NCBI GenBank assembly: GCA_000320545.1
Contig: ADNK01002966.1
Span: forward strand, 1-49,629
Source of the DNA: Bigelowiella natans CCMP2755
Lineage: Eukaryota; Protista; Cercozoa
Length of the DNA: 49,629 nt
Direction of reading: 5' to 3'
Of the stretch, positions 1 through 11,443 are shown one piece after another (position 1 is the first letter of the stretch; each line of letters opens with the position of its first letter). Below the pieces are notes generated by a model. That model did no database searches and was not told the origin of the DNA. It saw only the letters and a program-made list of their open reading frames with translations. Made by a program: the position numbers and the translations under genes.

Positions 1-156
1 CTATTACTATTATTACTACTATTTCAAGCGTAAGAATAGTGTAATTAGGTACTTAGAGCTAGAATACATGACAATGGATCGTCCCTTCTCTAAGGGGTCT
101 GCGTCTAGCGAGTACCGTGGTGCTAACAGCTGAGCGGAAAGAAAGATCGTCAAATT

Positions 157-285
157 GGCAGGGGAACTCTTGTTTATCCTGACGGCGAAACATTTAATGG
201 AGAGCTAAGGGGATGGAAAAATGCATGGACAAGGAGTTTATCACTATGCAAACGGGGACAAACACGTTGGAGAGGTTGTTTGATG
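157..285 (+). pseudogene. MORN-repeat gene fragment, frameshifted
   Basis: Manual translation gives GRGTLVYPDGETFNGELR, then after a frameshift DGKMHGQGVYHYANGDKHVGE, then a stop. This matches the MORN consensus G.G.Y.Y.NG..Y.G.W..G. Confidence 0.6.
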
Positions 286-668
286 ATCGCAGCTTGTTTC
301 TCTTCCCAAAGGAGGAGCATCATGCATCTATTTACAGAATCATTTTAACACATTTCCGTAAAATAGTAATTACAATCCTAACATGGGCAAAAACCACTCA
401 CAGTGATGTTCTTGCTCATGCAGATGCAGCCAACCCAATTGCGTGACCCGGCCGCAAAAATGCCGCCAATTTGCGATCTGGCGGGAGTTGGGTGGCGTTC
501 AGCGGCGCGCTGCGTGCGTGCGCGTGGTGCAAGCGGACAACCTGGCACAGTCAAACTTGCATGCAAGCTTCATTTTTGTTGAACTTGTGTGCGGTGAAAA
601 AAGGGCCACCCGCCATGTCGCAAGTGATGCATGCGCCAATGCACGCATTGAGCTTCACCTAACACCTT

Positions 669-995
669 GAGTTTTGGTCCAATTTCGGATTTTTTTGCAG
701 ATTCTGACAGCTCTCGATGAGAGCTTCAAGGGCAGTGACCTTCATTTCCGTTGGAATTGAGTGCAAAGTGCTCAAAAATGATGAAAACCGCAAAAAATCA
801 CCATTTTGGTGAAAAATCGACGAAAAATCAAGTCAAAAATTGCAGGTGTGCGCTGCAATTTGCCATTGCTCAACTTGTCTCACCTTTTTGGGCAATTTCT
901 GCTCGGTTCTGGTGAAAATGGATGACACTGCCCTGAAAGGACGCATCGAGAGCTTTCCGAATCTGCAAAAAAATTCCGAAATTGGACCAAAACTC
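669..995. mobile_element. MITE-like element / imperfect ~80-bp inverted repeat pair
   Basis: 669-~748 (gagttttggtccaatttcggatttttttgcagattctgacagctctcgatg...) is the imperfect reverse complement of ~914-995 (...catcgagagctttccgaatctgcaaaaaaattccgaaattggaccaaaactc). The interior is non-coding. No target-site duplication recognised. Confidence 0.55.
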
Positions 996-1882
996 GACCC
1001 GCTAGGTCCATTTTTGTGTCATTTTGTGTCATTTTGGGCCATTTTTGGCCGAATTTTCATGAAATTTGACTTTTGCAAGGCCAATTGAGCGGCGCACAGT
1101 TGCGCTGAGGGCAACCCATCGAAACTGCACACTGCTAGACTGGGATTGTGTCAAAGAGCTTGGTGAACCATGAAAAATGTCTGCACATTGCTGCAGCGCG
1201 CCTGCATGTAGAACCAACATCCGGAGAATTTTCTCCTTTGCGCGCAGCAGAATGCAGCAAAAAAAATGTGAAAATCGATGCAAAACATCGATTTTTGAGA
1301 GTTGATGGTGCTGCAAAATGGTGGAATGCATTTTGTTTGCCGTTTGTTGACTGCTCACAAAACGTGAGCTAGTGAAATCGATTGGTTCATGCGGATGTCG
1401 AAAATTGACCGGGTTTGGGCTGTCTGTGGTTGTCTAGTTGCGCATCAATGCGTTGTTCATTCCAGCATTGCTCATTGTTCATTGTATGCACGTTGGGGCA
1501 TGCTCTCAAGTCAATGATTTGCACATGGTACCAGCCATTTTGAGCACATTGAAAATGAAAGTCAATGACAAACTCATAATACTCAGCACAATGTTTTCAC
1601 TTTTTCACATGACAGTTGCATATATGTGTTTGTTGCTTGAGATGTGCACAGAAAGAAGTTTCATTTCCTCTTCCTCATTTTGGGTCATCCTTATTTCTTT
1701 CTACAACGACTTCTGCCTTTTCTGTTTCTCACTTTTGCAGTGATACGTCTACTCTTGCCTTTTTTCCTTTTCTTTATTTTTTGCATTTTTAAGTCCTTAG
1801 ACCATGTTCTGTTTCTGTCGCATGGCCATGCGCTGGAATAATTTCCCTTGGTGTTCCTTCTATTACCTTGTTTCATCTTTAT

Positions 1883-4800
1883 TCACCCGGACGCCGTCAT
1901 GTTCTTCAGCTTCTGGTCCTCCGACAATCCTTCGTCGAGGCTTTCCTGCAGCGCTTGGGACATAGTGACTCTAATCATAGCTTTGCATTGGAAAGCATAC
2001 TCATGCATATTGCGGTCTGAATAAATATTGTGAGCCTTTTCGTATTCACTGACCGCCTCCGGGTACTTCCCCATGCAAGCGTACACAACACCGATAAAGC
2101 CGTAGCTAGTAGCCACATGTGGATGGGGATTCTCCGTGCCATACACCGCCAACCACATATCAAGAGACTTTTTATATTCACTGAGCGCCTCCGGATACTT
2201 CCCCATGCCTCTATACACATTACCGATGTTGTTGTAGCTACTAGCCACATCAGGATGGGGTTTCTCCGTGCCGTAAACCGCCAACCTCATATCAAGAGCC
2301 TTTTTGTGTTCACTGAGCGCCTCGGGGTACTTCCCCATCCAATTGTACACATTACCGATGTTGTTGTAGCTAGTAGCCACTTCAGAATGAGGTTTCTCCG
2401 TGCCGTACACCGCCAACCTCATATCAAGAGCCTTCTTGTATTCACTGAGCGCCTCCGGATACTTCCTCATGCTTTCATACACACTACCGATGCTATAGTA
2501 GCTAGTAGCCACATCAGGATGGGGTTTTTCCGTGCCATACACCGCCAACCTCATATCAAGAGCCTTCTTGTATTCACTGAGCGCCTCCGGATACTTCCTC
2601 ATGCTTTCATACACACTACCGATGCTATAGTAGCTAGTAGCCACATCAGGATGGGGTTTCTCCGTGCCATACACCGCCAACCTCATATCAAGAGCCTTCT
2701 TGTATTCACTGAGCGCCTCCGGGTACTTCCCCATGCTATAGTACACACCACCGATGTTGTTGTAGCTACTAGCCACATCAGGATGGGGTTTCTCCGTGCC
2801 GTACACCGCCAAACACATATCAAGAGACTTTTTATATTCACTGAGCGCCTTCGGGTACTTCCCCATCGAACTGTACACATTACCGATGTTGTTGTAGCTA
2901 CTAGCCACAGAGGGATGGGGTTTCTCCGTGCCGTACAGCGCCAACCTCATATCAAGAGACTTCTTATATTCACTGAGCGCCTCCGGGTACTTCCCCATCC
3001 AATTGTACACACTACCGATGTTGTTGTAGCTAGTAGCCACATCAGGATGGGGTTTCTCCGTGCCGTACACCGCCAAACACATATCAAGAGACTTTTTATA
3101 TTCACTGAGCGCCTTCGGGTACTTCCCCATCGAACTGTACACACCACCGATGTTATTGTAGCTACTAGCCACAGACGGATGGGGTTTCTCCGTGCCAGAC
3201 ACCGCCAACCTCATATCAAGAGACTTTTTATATTCACTGAGCGCCTCAGGGCACTTCCCCATGCTATAGTACACACCACCGATGTTGTTGTAGCTACTAG
3301 CCACATCAGGATGGGGTTTCTCCGTGCCATACACCGCCAACCTCATATCAAGAGCCTTCTTATATTCACTGAGCGCCTCCGGATACTTCCCCATGCTACA
3401 ATACACATTACCGATGTTGTTGTAGCTACTAGCCACAGACGGATGGGGTTTCTCCGTGCCGTACAGCGCCAACCTCATATCAAGAGACTTCTTGTATTCA
3501 CTGAGCGCCTCCGGATACTTCCCCATGCTACTGTACACATCGCCGATGTTGTCGTAGCTAGTAGCAATTTCTTGTTCTTTTTTGGTCATTGAACCAAGGG
3601 GTGCAAATTCAGTTTCTGCAATTTCTGCGCTTCTTCTGAACCAAACCAAAGCTTTATCATAAAGGCATGCAATTCTGCAGGCCTGTCCCAAAGTTTTGGC
3701 GAGTTGCCAATTCTGTTCTACTCCGGAGGATTTGTGCGTCATGAGTCGGGTTCCGTGCTGGAGTACTGCAGCCCATTCTTCCTGGTGACCGTGAGCTTCA
3801 TCATATTCTCCTCCATAGGCAACCAGGGTTTCAACCAGTTTTTCAATGTTAGTCTGTGGCTGCAGGTATCTGACTATCTCTTGCGTGACAGCGTGCATGT
3901 TTATATGTTTGGTTTCTCGACTCCATTGTATCAAGGAATAACGCTCTAGAAGCGCTAACGCGTCGCGCACCTCTTCGTCCTCATCAGAGACCAGCTGCCC
4001 CCCATCGTTCTCTTTGTCTTCCTTGAAATCCTCAACCTGATTGGGCGATGCGTCAAACCTTAGAAGAAGAACCAATTCCAATGGAATATTTTTTGGATCC
4101 AGGTACGCGAGCGAACGCAACAACGCGAGGCAGTCAACGCTCGAAGTTCCTGCGGTGCGGTTGGCACGTTTTCGTCGGATCGTGTCAAGGCTGGACAGGC
4201 TTGATAAGCTCTCGCGGACCACTTCGACGATGTTAAGTCTGTACGCAATGCTCTTGTTGGGGTCCTTATTCAGAAACTTTTTCTTTAGCGACCTTTTCCT
4301 TCGCATTGTCTTGATACGATCTGCCACATTGTAATAGCCCATCTCTTTGCATTGACTGAAGAATTGCGCTAGGATCACGGGGTAACCTGAAAATTCAGTT
4401 TTAAGGTACTCCATGCAGTCCTTCGCATCGATTTCGGGGCCCGGCATCGTTAGTTTGAATTTGCGGGCAAGCCGCATCAAGTCTTCATCTACGAGCCCAT
4501 CAATCAGCCAGCGCTTGACGTCCGAACTCCAATCAGTGGTTTTGTTATTTCTAGACGTTAGGATTACGTGTCCTTTGTTCCTAGGTAAGAACTCGGCCAC
4601 ATCACTGCAATCAGGTGCAACATCGTCGAACACCAAAAGGCAGCGTTCAGTCTCGATCCGTTCCCTGATGGTTCGGATAGCTGATTTGGCATCCTTTTTG
4701 TCGACAATGTGTAGGTCAGAGATTTTCTCAGCGATGCGCATGTACTCGATCTGGAGCTGCTCAGTTGTTTGGCAATTCAGCCAAAACGCGTGAGAGTATT

Positions 4801-7285
4801 GACCGGTTTTGATGAGGGCGTCGAACAATCGAACGGCCAGCTGGCTCTTTCCAATGCCCCCAGGACCACAGAGCAGGTGCACTTGTTTGCTGGTGTCGTT
4901 GAGTTCATTTAGAACCTGCTTGACTACATTCTCCCGCCCTACAAAGAAAGGCACTTGCTCTGGGCCGGGGATGAGTTTCATTGATGCACGAAGTCTCGTC
5001 TGAAACAAGGAAAAATACCATCAGATCAAATGTTAGATGCTACACGTTTCCTCATGGGAAGGTGCGCAAGCTCACGATTGACACATTTAATGGCGCATTG
5101 TATAGATTAAACAATGAAAATATCTACCTTCTCTTTCGTTTCTTCTTCCACGATTAGCGTCTTGGCAATGCTCACTAGATGATCTTTATCCTTAATTATA
5201 ACCTTCTTGCTGTCAGATAGGGAAGATATGCCCATTTGCAAAAGTCGTTTGGCCATCTCTAGGCACATAGCAGGGTTGCGAATCTTCTCCCAAAGATTTT
5301 TGTCTATGTGACATTTCCATATAGGAATTTAACATAACACGCAAACATAAACCCAATAATATCTGTACCTTTTTCAAGCTTAGAAAAATGGTAATTTTTC
5401 AGGCCTTGAGTAGCAATGAACTTCGAGTATAAATATCTTAGAAACAGTTTCTTGAATCGCTCTTTATATAAAGGTTTCATCTCCACAGCCTGCAAGTAAA
5501 CGTGTCAATTGCTGCTTGGACCGAAATAAGATGACAATATTTTACAATGATTAACTCTAATGGAAGATCAATTTGCACCTTACAACAAGGGTAAGCAATT
5601 TGCTTTCTTGACGTAGTAAACAGCAACAGAGATTTGCTTATCTTTAGAATCTGGTGAAATGCTTGCGGTCCAAGGAAATTGGACACATTGTCGCAAATCT
5701 AAAAGACAAAATTTTCACCTGGGTTCAACCTCAAACTAGAAACCCTCATAATGTTCATCTAATCAAACAAAAAAGGTACCAGTAAGATTCGTTTTTCTTT
5801 TTTATCTTTGAGCGTATGGAGAGGATCTCCTGCTATCAAATGGTGGCTTTTATCGGAACATGTCGTTCTTGCAACCGCCGATAAAACACCCTTTTCATCA
5901 GCAATGTTGGTAAGGTCCACCTGAAAAATGCCATCATCGTTACGAATGCGCTAACAACACAAAGAACGTGCATCAATCGAATGAACTCTTGCATCCTTTC
6001 ATGTGTACAAAACATGCACATTACATGTACGTGCACGCACACACGGAAAACACAATGCTGACCCAATAGATAGCATCTGGCCCGTCGTTGTCATGCCACA
6101 TGGATCGGGCTACCACCTCCGCCAAAACAGATTTCCCGCTACCCTTGCCACCTACGATTTGGACCCATCGAGTTGCAAACGTTTTCTTAAAAACAGCATG
6201 ATCGTTCTTTATGGAAAGTCTACAATTTTCCAAGATTTCACGATACTGCTTCTTCACAAGATCTCGTGAGAAGAAAGACCCAGGATCTTGTTCTGGGATC
6301 CATCCCGTTTTGGGCTCAATTTGTTCCACTTCCCTGAACCCGTATTTCACGTTGTGGATTTCTTCGGTGTTGGTGCGGGGTAGAAGAATCAATTTGTCCA
6401 CTTCGTTCTCAGCTAAATCCGCCCAAATTAGCTCCTCTTGCACTTCCTGATTGATGTTTTTCTCCTCGCAGAAGCTACGAAAGTGTTTTTCCACTTTCCA
6501 CTTTGCATTGTGTGTTGTGTATTGCGCATGTAGATTCTTGAGTTTTTCATCGAGCTCGGTTATAATCAATGATGGTTCGAGCTGTTCATCGAGGAAAAAG
6601 AGTGCTCTGTCTTTACATTGTTGAGCTATCTCACGGAGCCTTCGCTTGGCCTGTTTGAAAGCTTCCAATACAGAGTGCCCTTGCAGCAACCGTTTATAAA
6701 ATGTACTGGCAAATACTGGAGCTCCGTAATCACTGAGTTGATCCTTTTCTCGACAGACTATAACGTGTCTCACCAGCCCATCTTCTATGAGTTTTTTGCC
6801 TACAATCTCGCTGTGGCATGCCGCTAGATACGCAATCTTAGGTCGTCCGTTTCGAGTTCTTCTGAACATTTCTGCGAGGTCTTTTCCATCTAGGTATTTG
6901 CTGGTTTTTCCAATCGCTGGGCCACCTTCAATGCAGAGACCCTTCTCAGGATGACCGTGTCCAGAGTAATGGAAACAAAAGCAACTAGAACCGATTGCAG
7001 CATCTATTTGCTCCTCACTCGCACGATATGTCGAATACTGAAACTTGGGATAAACTCTTTTAAGTTCCCGCATCAGCTCATACTCGGTTTCGAAATCAAG
7101 TGCCTTATTGTCAGCATCGTTTATCGGAGAAGATGACACGTAGGCGATGCGGGCTGGGAGCTGCTCGGGCGATGATGATGCCGTTGGCTTTGCGTGAGAC
7201 GGAGAGAACTAGGGGTTAGAAGAGATAGAGAAACGTGGAAAGGAGGTGAATATAATGCGGAGAGAGAGCGAGGGTGAGAGAGAGG

Positions 7286-7321
<36 letters not shown>

Positions 7322-7505
7322 CTAAAAGAGAGAATCTAGGAGAGAGAATGTGCAGAGATAATTTTGGAAATTTGAAATGACATTTTATCCTTGATTCGAT
7401 ATAAAAACAATAACAATTTTATTTTAATAATAATAATAATCATAGTAATAATCATAATAATAGTATTAATTCACAACTAGAATTGTATGGATGATTCTAA
7501 GCATG

Positions 7506-7536
<31 letters not shown>

Positions 7537-7938
7537 GATATACACATATAATATTCTCAGAATGTGCATATTTTCCAATTGTAATTCTGAAATCATGCTC
7601 GAATGCTTTATATGATCTATCGCAGAAAGGGATTTGGAAAAAATGCTTGAGTTTTTCTTACATGCGATGAGGGCTCCTTGGTATCTGCTTTTTCGAACAT
7701 TTTTCTTATTGTTGCGAGGAGGGTATTGAATTTTCTTCGTGGGCCCATCTTGCCTTGAACCATCTCCTTTACTTCGTCCTGCGTCATTTGTAACAGGTCC
7801 TCACCTGTAAGCTCGTTTTCCTCTATTATCTACATGAATGCATGCAGCAGCATTAGTTAAATCTCAGTGCCATCATCGATTACGTATTAGAATATCTATG
7901 TGCAATAAAAGCTAGTGATTATAATATACTAATATATA

Positions 7939-7984
<46 letters not shown>

Positions 7985-8302
7985 AAGGTATATTCAGTCA
8001 TGTGTATGACTTCATTGGAAAGAGAGGGGTGGGGGAGAAGTGCGGATCTATTTTTTACCTTAATCATGTTTGGCCTCGTTTTGAGTTCATCGGCATTCGC
8101 ATGGATCCATTTTACTATATCCTCAGTATAGAATTCCATGAACTGATCCCTGGTCGGAGCATTGCAGTCCTTCTGTATGATTTAAACATTCTACCTCATT
8201 AGACTAAACCATAAGCTCATTGGGGGTTAATCCCCCTCTCCCTCCCTCCCTTCATATTTTTCCTACCTTGATGAGTTCATTCGCACTCACTTTTCTCTGC
8301 AT
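1883..8302 (-). CDS. NLR-like protein: SAM - CHAT protease - STAND ATPase - NB-ARC - 12 TPR repeats (intact copy A, 9 exons, ~1712 aa)
   Basis: Phase-compatible GT-AG exons: 8302-8267, 8172-8059, 7829-7662, 7208-6063, 5920-5780, 5698-5579, 5489-5369, 5303-5128, 4999-1883. SAM: EDIVKWI...IIEENELTGEDLLQMTQDEVKEMVQGKMGPRRKF. CHAT: FHYSGHG, YLAACHS, FASTFYKRLLQGHSVLEAF. STAND1: GGKGSGKS, RILLICDN, LFTTSR. STAND2: GPGGIGKS, LLVFDDV, ILTSR, GYP, MHAVTQ. Exon 1 is the least certain. Confidence 0.85.
2035..3570 (-). repeat. 132-bp (44-aa) TPR tandem array, 12 units
   Basis: Unit YPEALSEYKKALDMRLAVYGTEKPHPDVATSYNNIGxVYxxMGK, 132-nt period, high DNA identity between units. Confidence 0.95.
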
Positions 8303-8394
8303 TTTTTCCCTCCTTCCCTCTCTCTTCTTCCCCCTTCTCTCTCCCTCTTTCTCCCTCTCTCTTACTACCTCTCCCCCCCTGTCTCTCTCTTGCC

Positions 8395-8452
<58 letters not shown>

Positions 8453-9872
8453 CCTCTCGCTCTCGCTCGTCTCCCTGTGTGTTCTGAGAACCTTCATCAT
8501 CTTGGATTGAATCGAGATGGTGGTGGCGTGCCTGACGATGGGTGATGAGACCTCAATGTTCGTGAAGTCCCAATTTCCGTCATTTTTCTGTTTCTGAAGG
8601 CAATTTGGCACCAAAATGGAGGGCATTTTCACACTTTTGTGATTCGGACTCAATTGGCTGCGCCGAGCATCACTGGGTGAAGTGATCCAGGATGTTGCCG
8701 TCTTGCTCGTGCAGCTTGCATCAATGCTGCATTTCAATGTTCGAGTTTCAATGCAGGAAAAGCACGGAACTTGGCAACGCGTTGCCTGATTGAAAATTGG
8801 GGTGCGTTTGGAGTTTGGACTCATCACACCAATTGGTCCTTTGACGATCGACCTCCACAACACCAGCTTCCACTCGTCAACCAAACAGCTAGTTCGAGGC
8901 ACTGCGTTTCGTGCGCTTTGCAAGCGAACATTTTTGAAACGTTGTCCATCTTTGATGGACAATGTTCTTGCAATCAGGTGTGTTCCAATCTGGCAAAGCT
9001 TTGATGTCCGGCTAGCCGCGGTGTGCTGATGCCACTGGTGCAACCTCGTCCACGCTCCGTGCACAAACTTCCTTCTGATGCTGTGGTCAAGTGGCAACGT
9101 TGCAGTGCACATGAGGGAGTTTCCTCCACTTGTCCGTTGTCCGAAGCTGATGAAACTCTTTCCTTCACACACTTTGCAATTGTTTTTTGAGGCACATTTC
9201 ATTTTGCTGCTCATCACTTTTGATTTGTGCAACTGCAACATTCCAATCATTCGTTCATCAATGACGCAATGGTGCAGGTGCTGCTGTCACGTCACACGCT
9301 GCATGCGCCATGAGAATCCATGTGCATGCGTCTCTGCCATTTGGACCCTAGCGCACACATGGCTAACCACAACGTCAGGGAATTGAATTGCCGCACAGAC
9401 ATGCCAGCATGCGCCGCACACAGCATGCCAGCATGTGCAACACTAGCTAGCTGGAGCACCGCGTTAGAACGCCAATGATCGATCAATCAGAATCAACACA
9501 TGTAAGCGATGCCGACAAGTGCAAACAAAGTAGCATGGCAAACGATTACAACGACGCAGCACGCTATCATTAATCATGCTAGCACAGCGTGCTATTTCCT
9601 CGACACTGCACATGCTGGTGCAAAGATGACGCAGCGAAGCACTGTGCAACTGGTTGGCCCGGCGAAGCAAAGCTACAATGTACACCTCCTCATCTCAATT
9701 CTACTGCATGCTAGTGTCCAAGTCGTATAACTGCCCTCTAGAAATGCTTTGAGCCTAATGATGTACCCCGATAACCGCCACTGAGTGCCAAGCAATTCGG
9801 TTCTTGTCTGTGGCACGCATGCTGCATCATTGTGATCAGGTACATTCAATGCGTGAGATCGCAACCGGTGCA

Positions 9873-10081
9873 CTACTGCATTGACCCCCCCTTGTAGTCC
9901 TTAGGATGAAGAGCTTTGCCACAGATTGCAATTCCAAATGGCACAGTCTCGTCTCCAGGAGGAATGCCAAAACGACAGTCACAGCACAGCACGTTCCCTT
10001 TTCCAGCACAAGGGCGAAGATCCTTGAAGCCACACCAAAGCGTGGATACACCCTGAAATGAATGAATACTTTAGTGCGGGC

Positions 10082-10122
<41 letters not shown>

Positions 10123-10667
10123 TTTGAGACGATAGTTTTTCCAGGTTTTAATTGCACCTTCAAACAGAAGCAAAGGACAAACTCGGAGCCGCTCTCCAGG
10201 CAGATGAATTCCTCCATCGATGTGTCAATGCATGTACTGAAGCTCTTGCTTCGGCTACAAACACGATTCTCCGCAACTCCATGTTGAAGGCACTTACATG
10301 ACGTCTACACACGGGGGAAAGAAAAAGGAGATTGAGCTTCATGGAAGAATTCCCGGAAACAAGTGATTGTGAGACCTGGCTCTCACAACAAATGCATTGG
10401 ATCTCCTGCTGAACACCGCACATGGCGGGCCAAGATGTGTAGAAGGATTGCATGCAGCAACTGTCATTCCAACAGAAGAACAATATCTGAGATGGACCTT
10501 CACGACAAATTCAGTTCAAAGTTGCTCTCTCACCAGCACACCGTTGACGCTTTGAGTTCTTCAACGGGTGCGAATTCGATCTGCACTAGCTTGTCCTTTT
10601 TCACATCCGCAGTCTCTGTTTTTGCCTCAGGGGCTGTCAAGCCGGCTTCTCCCTCGTCCCCAGCCAT
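9873..10667 (-). CDS. Putative spliced cysteine-rich hypothetical protein (possibly degenerate)
   Basis: Exon-like segments MAGDEGEAGLTAPEAKTETADVKKDK..., ...MCGVQQEIQCICCESQ, ...EEFICLESGSEFVLCFCLK and GVSTLWCGFKDLRPCAGKGNVLCCDCRFGIPPGDETVPFGIAICGK, with plausible splice sites. Model not fully resolved. Confidence 0.35.
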
Positions 10668-11137
10668 TGTTCTATTCGAAATTGGTCAAAAGATGTAGAC
10701 ACCCTGCTCGGTGTGCACAATGCCTTTCATCCGAAAAAGTCATTTTTCCACCGACCGCAACCGTCGCATTCCAGGATCTGCAAGCACTTTAGAAGAACTG
10801 TTGATAGCATTGGTCTGCGCGTTTTCCACGCAGATTGTGCTGCACCGGGCTCCGTAACAGGCTCCATTTAGTGCACAAGGTCAGCCGACGAGATCCCGAA
10901 TCAGATGGCCAAACAAATATTCTGCGACATGATAGTTCTCCAGACGCACTTGCCTAAATAACGGGCATTTTCCCTCTATTAAGGGGAAAAAAAAAGAAAA
11001 TCTATAGCTTCAGTCACTCCTATGCGACAAGGAGGATGCGGGGAAACCTGAGAAAAAATCTACAGAAACGGGAAGCCTGGAAGCACAAATGTGATGAGAT
11101 GTAATGACACCTTTCCCTTCGAACTCACAATTGACAA

Positions 11138-11314
11138 TCACTTACCTGGCAGGCCAGTACTTCTTGGAAGTTTCGCGGGTGATCACTAAGGCCCGGCTGG
11201 TAGGAGCTAGTACCCCATTGCACGCCGGGGCTACAACCTCCTAGTGGAGTCGGCTACGCCGGCCTCACACTGCATAATTTTTGGTAGAGGGGCTGTGCGC
11301 TATGCGCCGGCCCC
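11138..11314 (+). ncRNA. U1: U1 spliceosomal snRNA
   Basis: 5' ACTTACCTGG (11140-11149), loop I GATCACTAAG closed by CGGGT/GCCCG, loop II ATTGCAC, stem III, CTGCATAATTTTTGGTAG Sm site, terminal hairpin GGGGCTG...CGGCCCC. Confidence 0.95.
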
Positions 11315-11443
11315 GCACAATAGAATCAACACTTCACTCACGTAATCCAAAAGAAAAACGCAATAAACCCACGTTTTGCGCAGAAAACTCCAAACATCTC
11401 GAAATCCTTCGGACAACAATCTAAAACCGGGTAAATAAAACGG

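Larger units (their letters stand above)
1437..8778 (-). repeat. Left arm of large inverted segmental duplication (partner 39447-47337)
   Basis: Exons, introns, microsatellites and flanks align in reverse complement with 39447-47337. Similarity ends at ...ggaacttggcaac (8778) / gttgccaagttcc (39447) and near gttgcgcatcaatgcg (1437) / cgcattgatgcacaac (47337). Confidence 0.93.

Noticed and set aside
381-1484. Classical RIP or CpG-methylation decay as the cause of TG/CA richness
   Set aside because: RIP would raise TpA and methyl-CpG decay would deplete CpG. Here TpA is missing while CpG is still common.
2035-3570. Regularly spaced repeats as a possible CRISPR array
   Set aside because: The units are contiguous 132-bp coding repeats with no unique spacers, no cas genes are present, and the context is eukaryotic.
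2030-3592. 520-aa plus-strand ORF (and the analogous minus-strand ORFs at 44620-47211 and the plus-strand ORF at 33708-34238)
   Set aside because: These are antisense shadows of the TPR and Sel1 tandem repeats; a stop-free unit repeated many times yields a long ORF.
8252-9250. 332-aa minus-strand ORF and the many Cys/His-rich ORFs in the TpA-poor islands
   Set aside because: TpA loss removes TAA and most TAG stops, which inflates ORF length. No recognisable domain, and the ORF runs through a (GA)n microsatellite.
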